IMG/VR virus record: IMGVR_UViG_3300044625_001067
Location: 186,001 to 250,000 of that record
Length of the DNA: 64,000 nucleotides
Direction: 5' to 3' (one strand)
In this document: positions 46,690 through 57,500 of the stretch, in pieces
Layout: each line of letters starts with the position of its first letter
Numbering within the stretch: position 1 is the stretch's first letter
The notes under the pieces: model-generated
The model's database searches: none
Told to the model about the DNA's origin: nothing
The model's input: the letters and a program-made list of their open reading frames with translations, nothing else
Program-made: the position numbers and the translations under genes

Positions 46690-46961
46690 GCATAACTACG
46701 GCACAAAGTTTATCTGGAGCATTAGATGGTAGCGGTTCTATTGCGGGGTCAATTGTTACCCTAAGAGAACTTGGACCACAATCAAAAGTAGCTCCCGCTG
46801 GATTTACTATACAAATTAGCAGTGTAAACCCGGCATCTCCAATTATTGGTAATGCCGGTGGTATAAACTTTGTATCACCGGGATTTGATCCGGTTGTTGT
46901 TTCTGCACTTCAAGTTGTACTCCGCTCAACTGGACAAATATGGCCGGTAGGGTTTAGCTAG
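46686..46961 (+). CDS. Hypothetical protein
   Basis: ATGA overlap with previous gene. Confidence 0.5.
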   Translation: MSITTAQSLSGALDGSGSIAGSIVTLRELGPQSKVAPAGFTIQISSVNPASPIIGNAGGINFVSPGFDPVVVSALQVVLRSTGQIWPVGFS

Positions 46962-47023
46962 CTTCGCCCCCGGCTCTTAAAGGGTATAACCTACAATAAG
47001 AGTCGAAAATCCCCAAGGGCCGT

Positions 47024-47713
47024 ATGTCTCAAACCACCCTGGTTTTACGAAGTACAGACGAAAAGAAAAGACCGAACCCTACTACTTTGCAGGAGGGGCA
47101 GCTAGCTGCAAATATAGGTGAATCGGAGCCAGGTTTGTACTTCGCAGACGCTAATGGAGGTCTTCGAAAAATTGGACCATGTCACGTTGGTTTTGAACCC
47201 CCAAACCTTGGTGTTCAAGCACCGTACTTCCCAGGCTTATGCTTGGGAGAGCTTTGGTACGACACTGTCGGAGAAATTTTAAAGGTTTGGAGTGGATCAA
47301 GCTGGCTCTCGTCCGACCAAAGACTAAGCCTAGCTTCGCAAGCAGACGAGATATTCAGCCTTAGCGACGAAACCTCCAGCTTAACCGTCGGGGCACGGTT
47401 AAAAATTCCATACTGGCCCAGGGCCACGGTGCTTACAAGTCTTCCAGTGTGGGCGGTCGGGACACCCCCCACGGGTGCTTCTTTGCAATTCGATATCCAG
47501 GTTAACGGCTCATCAATATATGCAGCCTTACCAACGATTACAATTGGATCCACGAACTCTACAGCTACGCCTGGGGCATTCTCAACAGCGTTTTCTAATG
47601 GGGGCTTCACTCTAGCGGCAGGATCCCTAGTGACCTTCTCAGTAACTCGTGTAGGGAGTACGGTTGCAGGGGCTTGTTTGAAAGTCGTGCTGTACACTCG
47701 AAAGATAGGGTAG
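47024..47713 (+). CDS. Short fibre-like protein with shared N-terminal adaptor
   Basis: [41 protein letters not shown] nearly identical to 44624 N-terminus. Confidence 0.65.
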   Translation: MSQTTLVLRSTDEKKRPNPTTLQEGQLAANIGESEPGLYFADANGGLRKIGPCHVGFEPPNLGVQAPYFPGLCLGELWYDTVGEILKVWSGSSWLSSDQRLSLASQADEIFSLSDETSSLTVGARLKIPYWPRATVLTSLPVWAVGTPPTGASLQFDIQVNGSSIYAALPTITIGSTNSTATPGAFSTAFSNGGFTLAAGSLVTFSVTRVGSTVAGACLKVVLYTRKIG

Positions 47714-47765
47714 TCTTTGTTGCTCTTCTACGTGGGACTCCAGGGTGCCAAGTGCGCTGTCACCG

Positions 47766-48524
47766 TTAAAAGTCAAGTGAAAGATCCTCTGTGTCACACT
47801 TGGAGAAAGACCCAAGAATATCCTCAGAAGTCTCATAGCCCTCGCACCCCTTTGACCGATTAGCTGAGGAGCATACCAGAGAGAAATTAGCCTTTGCAAG
47901 GTGATATCTCTTCCATTCTTCCCACAGGGCTTTATCCTTGAACTCCTTTGCCGTAGGTGGGCCCACCAGAAAAATGTCTACGTAAGTTAACGAGTTTAGT
48001 TTAACGAACGAATCGGCAATTTCAGCAAAAGACAGACCTACATGGTCTACGTCAGTCCTCATTCCCCGTCTTAGGTTCTTTCCCGTCAGATAGCAAGTTG
48101 CCGGAAGACACACAGAGTCCCGAAAGTCCTTCAGCTGTTGAGAAACCCCGCTCCTCATGGCCGCCTTCACAGAATTAAAGTGTTTCTCCTCTGAGCTTGC
48201 GCTTGTCGCGATTTTCTTCGGAGGGTACAAAAAGTCTATAAGTTTCTTCTTGGGCACGGGTTGTTGAGAGCCACCTCTTTCGAGGCTTAGCATTTTCACT
48301 CTCATGCCGCCAGCGATATCAACATTCCTAAGGTAGAGCTTAACTTCAGGGTCTGTAGACAACTTTCCCCAAGTAGGTGTGACTCGGCACGACCTTAAAA
48401 CAAACTCCTTCGGTTCACCAATAAGCTGGGAGTTTACTCGGTGGTTCTCTATAATTCTACTTAGTTTGTCTGTGTAGTCTTTTTTGGTTAGTCCGAATGT
48501 TTGTTTGCCGAGAGTGTTGCTCAT
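47766..48524 (-). CDS. Putative HNH-like nuclease (possible DUF3223-like N-terminus)
   Basis: CYLTG....DVDH...VCSSANRSK beta-beta-alpha-like pattern; own GGGTAAAG motif on minus strand; ends LSLDF. Confidence 0.55.
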   Translation of the reverse strand: MSNTLGKQTFGLTKKDYTDKLSRIIENHRVNSQLIGEPKEFVLRSCRVTPTWGKLSTDPEVKLYLRNVDIAGGMRVKMLSLERGGSQQPVPKKKLIDFLYPPKKIATSASSEEKHFNSVKAAMRSGVSQQLKDFRDSVCLPATCYLTGKNLRRGMRTDVDHVGLSFAEIADSFVKLNSLTYVDIFLVGPPTAKEFKDKALWEEWKRYHLAKANFSLVCSSANRSKGCEGYETSEDILGSFSKCDTEDLSLDF

Positions 48525-48538
48525 TGAGTAGGTTCGTA

Positions 48539-48553
48539 TGAGAAACTTTACCC
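48539..48553 (-). promoter_or_regulatory. GGGTAAAR-N5-YA putative promoter (minus strand)
   Basis: Reverse complement GGGTAAAGtttctCA, ending 14 nt before ATG at 48524. Confidence 0.65.
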
Positions 48554-48598
48554 TTGCTTAAACGGCGCTAAACTCCAGGTAGAAACAACTAGCTAAAT

Positions 48599-48973
48599 GT
48601 GACCGAGGATACCTCAGTAATACGACAGCGAGGCGATCTAAAGTACCTAGTAGGAACTGAGGTTGAGTGCTCAGGTAGAGTGAAAGAGTTTCGACCCCAT
48701 GTGAAGAGAAAAGATCTTGATTCTCTGTGCCTTGTCAACGTTTTTGTAACCCCTTTGCCCCTGGGGGAGTCTGTATACCTTGATCACTTATGGGTATTGA
48801 AAAAGCAGTTTAAAGTAGTGGGAAGTGTACCACAGAAAAACGAGCGTATACACTTCATCGGCAAAGTTTACTCCTACAAGAGGGTAGGAGGGAAGTCAAT
48901 TGACAGGGGCTTATTTGGACTCGAAGATTTTGGAATCCTACCATTAACTCTCTCTGAAGATTATGAAAATTGA
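48599..48973 (+). CDS. Hypothetical protein (OB-fold-like)
   Basis: First gene of divergent operon. Confidence 0.5.
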   Translation: MTEDTSVIRQRGDLKYLVGTEVECSGRVKEFRPHVKRKDLDSLCLVNVFVTPLPLGESVYLDHLWVLKKQFKVVGSVPQKNERIHFIGKVYSYKRVGGKSIDRGLFGLEDFGILPLTLSEDYEN

Positions 48974-49217
48974 AGTCGAAAGCCACGACCACGACGGACG
49001 GACTTACTTTGAGTTTGTTCTGCAAGACGGGCCGGGAAACCGAGAACGGGTTCGGGGCTACGCAACAGACCTAATCGTTGCTTTCACGAAGGTGATAGAA
49101 TGGCACGAAAGGATTGAAAGAGAGTACCGTGACGCCCATGGTTTACTACCCTTGGAGGCAACCTACAATAAAGCTGAAGCGGACGACCCCGCCTTAGAAA
49201 ACTTACCTAAACAGTGA
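48963..49217 (+). CDS. Hypothetical protein
   Basis: Overlapping operon gene. Confidence 0.5.
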   Translation: MKIEVESHDHDGRTYFEFVLQDGPGNRERVRGYATDLIVAFTKVIEWHERIEREYRDAHGLLPLEATYNKAEADDPALENLPKQ

Positions 49218-49834
49218 AACCAACAGAGTTAGAGTTTAAAGAGCTCAAGCGAAAATCGTCAGAGTGGGCGAAAGAGCGCCTTGCTGATACAAAAACGGTA
49301 GTCATCGACTGCGAAACCACAGGGATACTAAGAAACGACCCTACGACGGAAATTGTTCAGCTTACTGTAACAAACACCGCTATGCGACCGTTGTTTTCCA
49401 TGCTGATAAAACCCGCTCAGCCAATGAGCGACCAGCTTGTTGGAATACACGGCATATCCAACGACATGGTTAGTGAGAGCCCTGTCTTCCCTCAAGTTGC
49501 AAAGCTAATATCTTTCATCCTAGATGGTAAGCACGTTGTTGCGTACAACGCGGATTTTGACATCGCCCTCTTAGTACATTTGTACAAGAAATACAACATG
49601 GCGGTTCCCAAATTTTCGGGGGTGAGTTGCTGCATGGACAGATACTCAGAGTGGAAGGGTGAGTGGAACGAAAGCAAGGGCAGTGTACGCTGGCAGAAAC
49701 TTCCGAACCTGTCGGGAATGCCCGCACACGATGCCCTTGCAGATTGCATATCTACCGTCCGTATCATGGACCTCATGGCGAAGGGTTTGGACCTTGCCGC
49801 TTTAAGCTCCGACGAAATTTCTCTCGACTTTTGA
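49214..49834 (+). CDS. DEDDh 3'-5' exonuclease (DnaQ-like)
   Basis: VIDCETTG, IHGI, AYNADFD, HDALAD. Confidence 0.9.
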   Translation: MKPTELEFKELKRKSSEWAKERLADTKTVVIDCETTGILRNDPTTEIVQLTVTNTAMRPLFSMLIKPAQPMSDQLVGIHGISNDMVSESPVFPQVAKLISFILDGKHVVAYNADFDIALLVHLYKKYNMAVPKFSGVSCCMDRYSEWKGEWNESKGSVRWQKLPNLSGMPAHDALADCISTVRIMDLMAKGLDLAALSSDEISLDF

Positions 49835-49839
49835 ACACC

Positions 49840-50214
49840 ATGTTGTTTGGTACAATTACCTTTCTCTACGAGCCTTCCACCGAGGGGTTCCCAGCTTTCA
49901 TTGACGCCGAAGATCCATCCGACCCACGAGTATCTATACAGTTTTCGTCTGAGGCGGACCTTAGCGAAATGATTGAGAATTTTGAGCGGTTCTTGAGAGC
50001 AATAGGCTACCCGTTAGACTACGACGAGTTTCTTGCATTGTCCTCGGGTGAAGAGTCACAAAGGGGGAATGAGCCCGTGGAACACCCTGTTTTCAGTGTT
50101 CAAGACCCTGTTATTAAGATCAATGACTCCACTGCCGTAGCCACTATGGCTGAGATTGTCGCGGGGATTGCTGATAGACTCGAAGCCCGTCTAACCTCAC
50201 AGGGAGCTTCTTGA
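49840..50214 (+). CDS. Hypothetical protein
   Basis: ATG 49840 within ORF 49663-50214; FERFLRAIGY. Confidence 0.55.
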   Translation: MLFGTITFLYEPSTEGFPAFIDAEDPSDPRVSIQFSSEADLSEMIENFERFLRAIGYPLDYDEFLALSSGEESQRGNEPVEHPVFSVQDPVIKINDSTAVATMAEIVAGIADRLEARLTSQGAS

Positions 50215-50215
50215 C

Positions 50216-51019
50216 ATGGAGAATAACAATCCGTGGTTCATCGAAGGCTCTAGCAAATCTCGCCTTGTAAGCACCACTCCCCAAGGGGAAGAGCTGATAG
50301 CCTACATCGCACGAGTAACAAGCAAAGACCAGAGCAACCCTAAAATTGAGAATCTGCTCAAGTACTGTGCGAAAGAGGGTCACTGGAGCGTGTTTGACCA
50401 GGCCGACCTCACTGTGGAAGTTGTAACACCGCTTGCAATTTCTGTCCAGGTACTTAGACATAGTTCGTTCAAGTTTCAGCAGTTTTCGGGGCGGTACGAA
50501 AACCAAGAAATGATGCGTAAGCACACGGAAGACTTACCGACATTCAAGGATCTCTTCTACATGCCTGAACAGGCGCGGTTGCAAGACACCAAGAACCGGC
50601 AAAACAGCTTTGTAGCCGAGGACCCCAGCCTCACAGACTTTATGTTGGCTGAGTTTGAGTTTGCGTATAAAGCAGCGCTCCAGTCCTACACAAACCTTCT
50701 GGACAAGGGCATCGCAAAAGAGATGGCCCGATTTGTGCTACCTGAAGGAGTATACACTCGCATGTACCTTAAGGGAAGCGTTCGCTCCTTCATTCACTAC
50801 ATCGGAGTGAGAGACGATGAGGGTGTGGCGCAGTGGGAGCACGTTGAGTTAGCAAGGGCGGTTCGAACAATCTTTTCAACACAGTTTCCTACCATCTATC
50901 GCTCCCTGTTCGATGAGAAGACACAAAAGCCCTTATACGCTGAAGACGAGAAAGCTCGTGAGATCCTAAAGCTGAAGGCCACAATCGAGCTCTTAAGAGA
51001 ACAATTACCCACGACATGA
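50216..51019 (+). CDS. thyX: Flavin-dependent thymidylate synthase
   Basis: AYIARV, GHWSVF, QVLRHSSFKFQQFSGRY, AKEMARFVLP, AQWEH. Confidence 0.92.
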   Translation: MENNNPWFIEGSSKSRLVSTTPQGEELIAYIARVTSKDQSNPKIENLLKYCAKEGHWSVFDQADLTVEVVTPLAISVQVLRHSSFKFQQFSGRYENQEMMRKHTEDLPTFKDLFYMPEQARLQDTKNRQNSFVAEDPSLTDFMLAEFEFAYKAALQSYTNLLDKGIAKEMARFVLPEGVYTRMYLKGSVRSFIHYIGVRDDEGVAQWEHVELARAVRTIFSTQFPTIYRSLFDEKTQKPLYAEDEKAREILKLKATIELLREQLPTT

Positions 51020-51249
51020 ACAATCAACTCGCAAAAGGATTCTGGAAGATTGCGGAGGATTCCCCCCCGGTCGACAAAGAATACTGGGTCGCATTCTCTG
51101 ATAGGAGTGGGGACTTTCAAGTGTCAAATTGTGACGTGTGGCTCTTCAAATCAGGTGAATGGCACAGTTTATCTGACTCGCGATTTTCCGAGGAAGAAGT
51201 TGGCCTTCCGGCATACTATATAGACTTACCTATGCCGAAAACAATATAG
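51016..51249 (+). CDS. Hypothetical protein
   Basis: ATGA overlap with thyX. Confidence 0.5.
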   Translation: MNNQLAKGFWKIAEDSPPVDKEYWVAFSDRSGDFQVSNCDVWLFKSGEWHSLSDSRFSEEEVGLPAYYIDLPMPKTI

Positions 51250-51276
51250 TTTACGAATAGCGGTAGACCCTAGAAT
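51249..51276 (+). promoter_or_regulatory. Second promoter class GTTTAC-N16-TAGAAT
   Basis: Same spacing also at 59655 and 60761. Confidence 0.45.
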
Positions 51277-51298
51277 AAGGGTGCTACCGCTGAACTAT

Positions 51299-52282
51299 AT
51301 GAGTGAAAATGAAACGCCAAGACCAAAATTAGAGTCCTACTTTAAGCTCGATAGTAACCCTGCCCCACTCGTAGTTGTTGATTTCCACGTTTATTTACAC
51401 GACGTGAAACGGTGGTTCGAAGATAAAGTCGAGGGATCTGTAAATAAGGATGTAGAGGACAAACTGATAAAAGGGTGTTGGGCCCTAAAAATTAACCGGG
51501 GGCCAGATATGCTCCCGAGGCACCCCTACCGTATAGTCGTGGTTGCGGATAGTCGGTTCAAAGACACAGGGAACTACTGGCGCGACCGGGTCATGATAGA
51601 GTCCACAGAAGTTCAGACCGCCTGGGTAGAATATGCCGAGAAGAAAGGAAAAGACATATCAGAGATTCCAACTAATTACAAAGGTACTCGGGGGGACAAG
51701 ACAGATACGTTTTGGCGCATCTTTGACATAGGGTGGGAATACGTCAACAAGTACTATCCGGTGTTCTCTCAGGAAGGTTTTGAGGCCGATGATATTGCCG
51801 GGGCCGTTTATCGGCTTTCTCGAGATAGCGAACCAGGGTCTGTTGTAAGAGACCGGCAAATTTTGCTATCCACCCTAGACAGAGATTGGTCTCAACTTGT
51901 AGATGAAGACATTGGAGTGTATTTCGCAAACACTCGTGTCCCCTTCCCAAAAGAGAAAATTCAAGCAAGACTTGTAGATAATGCAGGTGTAATTGAGCAT
52001 ACTAAATGGAGGATGGGTTTTGACTTAGACCACCCCAAAAATCTTGCCGACTGGAAAGTTAAATTTGGTGACATGGGAGATAATTTGCCACCAGGCAGCC
52101 CAAAATCCTTATTCGATTTGACAGAACCCAACCTTGACTACAACATAGAAAAGGACGCCCCATGGTATGAAAACCTTGTAGAATGCTTAAATGAACCCGG
52201 AGTTAACCTTCGGAGTGACCACTTTGATCAAACCCTAGTTCAGTTTGCTAAGGTGGGTTTAGATTCACCAACGAGACTTTAG
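51299..52282 (+). CDS. 5'-3' exonuclease / flap endonuclease (Pol I N-terminal, T4 RNase H-like)
   Basis: VVVD, YWR, YKGTR, FEADDIAG, STLDRDWSQL, GDMGDNLP. Confidence 0.88.
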   Translation: MSENETPRPKLESYFKLDSNPAPLVVVDFHVYLHDVKRWFEDKVEGSVNKDVEDKLIKGCWALKINRGPDMLPRHPYRIVVVADSRFKDTGNYWRDRVMIESTEVQTAWVEYAEKKGKDISEIPTNYKGTRGDKTDTFWRIFDIGWEYVNKYYPVFSQEGFEADDIAGAVYRLSRDSEPGSVVRDRQILLSTLDRDWSQLVDEDIGVYFANTRVPFPKEKIQARLVDNAGVIEHTKWRMGFDLDHPKNLADWKVKFGDMGDNLPPGSPKSLFDLTEPNLDYNIEKDAPWYENLVECLNEPGVNLRSDHFDQTLVQFAKVGLDSPTRL

Positions 52283-52324
52283 GGTGGTAAAACGGGTAAA
52301 ACTAGGGAGAATGATTGTGCCGGG

Positions 52325-52996
52325 ATGCAGTCCGACTTATCCTACTTTGCCCATTGTAACTCAATGGCGCACCTTCTTCTCGAAGCGTGCGAAGGAAATG
52401 CTGCGAGCATTCCCCAGGGTTACCTAGACAACTTTGCCCACGACTTCGCTGATGGGGATGTTTCACTAGTCTCTGCACTCTCTAAGGTTGAGGGGGTGGA
52501 AGACCTGAGTACTGAAGAAGTTGATGAGACCTTAGAGTTGCTACAAAAGGTAAACCCCGATCACTGGCCGTCTGCAGAGTCCATAGAGAGTATATTCCCC
52601 GAAAAGCTCTGGAATAGCGCAAGCGACCCTCAAAGTATTTCCGACGACTTCGTTGAGGATAACCTGGGAACTGCGGAAAAAGTTGAGAGGGTACTTACAA
52701 GCGTTATTGAGAGTGTTTTCGGGGACTCGGTAAACAGCATTCGTGATGCTAAGGGCAAGTACCCATCAAGTTCGAACGACTTTTTGCAAGTAGACGACGG
52801 AACGTTCGCAGGAACTTTTCAGTACGACAGTCATCGTTTCAACTTTGAGATTGCACCAACTGAGCGAGGGTGGATTTGCACATACCGCCTAGATGAGTCA
52901 TCGCTCGACGCAATTCCACAAATTGTGAAAGATGTGAAGAGGGACGATAAGAAGAACACTAGCGTGAAGAAAACCCGTAGCCAGGGATGGAAATAA
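52325..52996 (+). CDS. Hypothetical protein
   Basis: Motif GGGTAAAA at 52294; TAATG coupling to next gene. Confidence 0.6.
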   Translation: MQSDLSYFAHCNSMAHLLLEACEGNAASIPQGYLDNFAHDFADGDVSLVSALSKVEGVEDLSTEEVDETLELLQKVNPDHWPSAESIESIFPEKLWNSASDPQSISDDFVEDNLGTAEKVERVLTSVIESVFGDSVNSIRDAKGKYPSSSNDFLQVDDGTFAGTFQYDSHRFNFEIAPTERGWICTYRLDESSLDAIPQIVKDVKRDDKKNTSVKKTRSQGWK

Positions 52997-54516
52997 TGGC
53001 CTTTTCCGGAGTCATTCCTACAATCTCAGTAAGCTCAAACTCCCTTGTGAACAGTGTTGCAGGGGGTCTAATAAATAATGTCGCATCCTCAGCAGTCAAG
53101 GTAGCATTAAGCCCCAAACTGTCAAACCAATGGGCAAGCTCCTCAGGATTAAGCCCGCAGTCAATTACTTCGCTGTTGAGTTCGGCAGTAACACCTGGGC
53201 TAATTTCAACCGGTAGTCAAGCCATATCCCAGTCCTTGACGGCTTCAATTGTAAACTCTAAAGCCCTTGGCCCCCTGGGTCCGTTGGTTCAAGACTTTGC
53301 GGGAAACGCTGTCAGTAACTTGTCGAGAGACCTGCTGGGTACATTATTCCCGGCAACAGTAAGTAGCCCAACCAAGTTCTTTCCAGGGGCAGGAAACGAG
53401 CCAGACGCGGATTACCAAGGGTACGCTTACAACCCTGGATCAAACGGTGCTGACGTGGTGTTTTCAATTAAGCCCGCAGTATCCGGAGCTCAAGCAGAAG
53501 TTACGGATCAGGTGTCAGGCAAGGGTGGAAGTGGCGTTCAAACATCCATCCCGGCAGGGCAAAGTGTGCCGTCTTCCGGGGGCTTAGCTCCAACACCAAA
53601 AGCAGACTACTCAGCGGCATTCCAGAGCGCATCTGGAGCTGTCCTAGGAGACTTGACAAAACAAGCCAGTTTAGCAGGATCCTTTCGTGGTGTTCCGTTT
53701 GGGAGCCCTGACGCATTTAAGGCAATATCAACAGTCCCGCAGATTCTCACAAGCTCCACAGTAGGACAACCCTTCTCTCAAGACTCACAACAGTCCTCAG
53801 TGTGGAACTTTATCTGCGCACCTGAAGAAATTTCCTGGTCAACCGCCGTTCAGGTGGATAGAGTTCCAATTTTCGGCACAAACCTGCCACCCGTGATATC
53901 GGGCAGCCGGGGAATGAGGGAACTAAGCATGTCAAACGCTCTTGTGGAGGGTTTCACAAGGGGGAAGACCATTGAAGGGAAGGTTTCTGACTTGGAAAAA
54001 CTCCTGAGTTTCACACTGGACACGCAAAACGGCTACGTTAAGGTGCCCGTGTATTGGGTCTATGCAAATAATAAGAGATACGGTGATGTTGACGGTGGGT
54101 GCTTTCTCATTAAAGAAGTGAAAGTGAAGGAGGAAATGAGGGACTTGACTGGCCTTGCAACACGTGCCAAGGTTGACATTTCCTTTTCACAAGTTCCCTC
54201 GTACCAAGTTGATGATGGGAGAGACATAGCAAGCAAAACAGTTTCCGGGACCACATCAAATTTGGGTGCCGTAGCGAGTGTTCTGTCGACTCGTCCAGTA
54301 GTTGTAAATCAGCAGCAGACCAACTCGTCTCGTGGGGGTGGCGTGGCTGGACAAACAAGTCAAAATGTTTCGCCGACAACAAAAATTCCCGGTGTACCCT
54401 CCGGAGCAACAAATGTGAGAGTCAATGTGAATAAAAAGGGAGAGAGTACCGTGAGTTATACTAACAATGGGGTTGAGGTTAGAAAGACATTGCCTCGGGG
54501 TCAAGGGCAGTTTTAG
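52996..54516 (+). CDS. Putative tail tube initiator/baseplate protein
   Basis: FICAPEEISWS...LIKEVKVKE....G.ATRAKVDISF pattern; upstream of tape measure. Confidence 0.55.
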   Translation: MAFSGVIPTISVSSNSLVNSVAGGLINNVASSAVKVALSPKLSNQWASSSGLSPQSITSLLSSAVTPGLISTGSQAISQSLTASIVNSKALGPLGPLVQDFAGNAVSNLSRDLLGTLFPATVSSPTKFFPGAGNEPDADYQGYAYNPGSNGADVVFSIKPAVSGAQAEVTDQVSGKGGSGVQTSIPAGQSVPSSGGLAPTPKADYSAAFQSASGAVLGDLTKQASLAGSFRGVPFGSPDAFKAISTVPQILTSSTVGQPFSQDSQQSSVWNFICAPEEISWSTAVQVDRVPIFGTNLPPVISGSRGMRELSMSNALVEGFTRGKTIEGKVSDLEKLLSFTLDTQNGYVKVPVYWVYANNKRYGDVDGGCFLIKEVKVKEEMRDLTGLATRAKVDISFSQVPSYQVDDGRDIASKTVSGTTSNLGAVASVLSTRPVVVNQQQTNSSRGGGVAGQTSQNVSPTTKIPGVPSGATNVRVNVNKKGESTVSYTNNGVEVRKTLPRGQGQF

Positions 54517-54523
54517 TGCTACG

Positions 54524-54538
54524 GGGTAAAGTCTATTA
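54524..54538 (+). promoter_or_regulatory. GGGTAAAR-N5-YA putative late promoter
   Basis: GGGTAAAGtctatTA upstream of tape measure gene. Confidence 0.6.
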
Positions 54539-54569
54539 ACACCCGGCTATTACCGCACGAGACACGAGA

Positions 54570-57500
54570 ATGGCGGAGAATAAGACCTTTACACTGATTG
54601 GTAAGTTTGACGACCAAATTACCAAGAAGCTAAAGGATCTAAATAAAGAGTTTCAGAAGCTGAGCAAACCCCTCAGCAAGGATAATGCTGCGGCATCTTT
54701 GCGAGACGGATTTAAGGCGGCTAACTCAGAGCTGAAGACTCTTCAGAATGAAATGAAGACTCTGAACAAGCTTCAGTTTAAGTTCGACAAATCCGGTATT
54801 CAAGCAGCTCGCGAAGAAGTACAGATGCTTGGCAAAGACCTTGAATCGGTGTCGAAGAAAGGGCTTCCCATCGATAAGTCTGGGTTAAAGGCGGCGCAGG
54901 AAGATGCAAAGATTCTGGGAAAAATTCTCGAGGCAAACGCACTTATAAAAGTAGGAGAAGGGTTTGCGAATGCTTTAACAGCGGGGGCCTCTTCCGCAGT
55001 AAACATCCTTCAGCAGGGTATAGGGTTCATAGGAAAGAGATACTCTGAGGCAGTTCAAGACCAACTCGGGGATGTCATGGCTCGTGGTTCCCTGTTTGGG
55101 TCCCTAAATAAAGAGGGAATGTTCAAACAGGGGCTGGCCGGCAAAGAGGGTCAGGCATTGAAGGACGCTTCGAACGACATGTACCTGCAGACGAAAAACA
55201 TTAGTCGCTCCATGGATAGCGCGATTAACGAGATTATTCGTACAAGTACAGTAAGCTCCCAAACCATTCAAGTACTATCGAGACAGCTCGGCGACAACTT
55301 ACTTCCCGTAATGTTGAAGGAGAAGGGCATCACAGACCTTTCGATTGTAAGTAGGGAGAAACTAAATGAAGTGATGGGGGGAGAAAACGGCGTCGGCAAG
55401 AAACTCGCTATCTTGTACTCCCAAATCGGCTCTGTAGTCACTAGTCCGGCGTACGCACCCCAGGCTGCTATGGGAGTCACACAGTTCCTTGGATCGGGGA
55501 CAATCAACAGACAATTATCCGTCTTTGAAAATAACCCGATCCTCGTCTCATCCCTCAAAGAGGGTCTTAAAAAGTTCGGTAACACCGTCGAAGGAAGAAT
55601 TAAGGCGGCCAGTTACGGTTTCTCGATCGCAATGCCTGAGGCTGCTCTTGAAGAAGCTAAGAATACGATTGCAGGTGGTATGCAGTCCGTAAACGACACC
55701 TTTCTCGGTCCGTCCGGTATTCTCACATTAACAGCAGACATTAACAAACAGGGGGAGAAGACCCTAGCAATGATGGCCTCAAGTGGGGCGAGAGATAAAC
55801 AAATAGCGAAATATGATAGGCGAAACAAGGAAGTTTTAGACGCTCTTGCGAAACAAGGCAAGAAAGAGTCTGAGATACAGAAGATTGAGGAACAACAGAA
55901 GAACAACAGAGTCCGATTCATAAAAAACCTCGATGACTTCTACAAGTCGGCAGACTCTCCGATCGAAGTAATAGCGACTCAATTCGGGCCCCTGTTGCAA
56001 AGTTTTGCTAACATGATGAACTCGGCGGGGAACCTTTTGATAGGACCCGTTAACTCAATTATTGGCGCACTTGCGAGACCTTTAACGGAACTGCAAGACA
56101 ACTTTGAGAACTTAGGGTCTGAAATTTCTGCAGGAAAAAAGAGCCTAGCTGAAGCACTCGGACGGGGCTTAGCCGAGACTTTTAAGGCACTTGCGAGTTA
56201 TTTCAACCCAGAACAGGCAGGGAAAGATGTTGGAACGGGTATACAAAAGTTCCTGTCGGACTTCATGAAGGGCTTTAAGGGTGGGGAAGTGAACGGTGAG
56301 CGGTACATGAAAATTGTACTCGACACCTTTAAGGACATTGTTCTCAAGATGTTGTTCAACGATGGCAACGCACTCCAAGGTGTTACACCGCTCGGCAACG
56401 CCCTAGGAAAGGTTTTTCTGTTGTTGGCTGCCCCAGCTTTCATCAGTGCTGTAATAGCGGGGGTGGTTCCCCTCGCAATTATGGGATTCGGCAACATGCT
56501 CATGGGTGTTTTTGCTGGCTTGGCAGGAGGTGCTCTGGCGGGTGTGGCAGGATTTGCTCTACCCATTGTGGCGATCGTAGCGGGTTTTGTAATTTTCGAA
56601 GGTCCGTTGCGAATGCTAGCGGATTGGCTGAAGGACACGGGGGCCAAACTATCCGAGAGCACAAACTGGGTCGCTTCGGCAGCCGGACTGTTCTTGGGGG
56701 GCCTGGGTGACATACTTCAGGGACTTACGAATTTCTTCACAGGAATTTGGGATTTACTCGTGGGCATATTCACGGGAAATCAGCAATTGATAGTTCAGGG
56801 CGTTAAAAAAATCTTTAGCGGAATAATTGAAACTCTCATCGGAGCTGCGGAAAGCGTCGTGGGCTTGGGGGGCATAATCATCGGGGCAGTCGGAAATCTT
56901 TTTACGGCCATTGGACGTAAGATTAATGATATTGCAATTAGTGTTGGGGGTTGGATCAGTGACCGTGTGCCTGGGAGTAGCAAAGCGTCTCCGAGACCTG
57001 CTGCCGGTGCGTCTTCTGCAAGAGCTCCGAAGGCAAAGGCATCCGCGTTTGGGAGCGCAAACCCTTTCTCCGGGAGCTTGAGCCAAGCCATAGACTTTGA
57101 AATGGCAAACAAACCACCGAGTTCCAGTCTTGTAATAGCGAACAGCAGTGAAACGGTTATACCTGCTGCGGGTGGTCTTGGAGTGGGCTCTTTCATGGAA
57201 ACTCTCAAAGAGGGATTCGGTCAGCTCACAACCACAATGAACGAGAACAACCAAGTGTACACCGAAAACGGTAAGAGATTCACAGAGGGATTGTTCAAAG
57301 TTTCCGGCCAAGTTATTGAGTCCCAAACTCAAATAAACAGTCTTGGATCGGCCCTATCTAAAGCGCAGGAGCACAATAATAACATGTTCTCTAAGGTCCA
57401 AGAACAACTGAATAGCAACCAAAACCAAACAGCATCAATGTTCTCAGCAATAGGAAAGCAAATCTCTCAAATTGCATCCTCCGCTGGGGGAATGTTTGGG

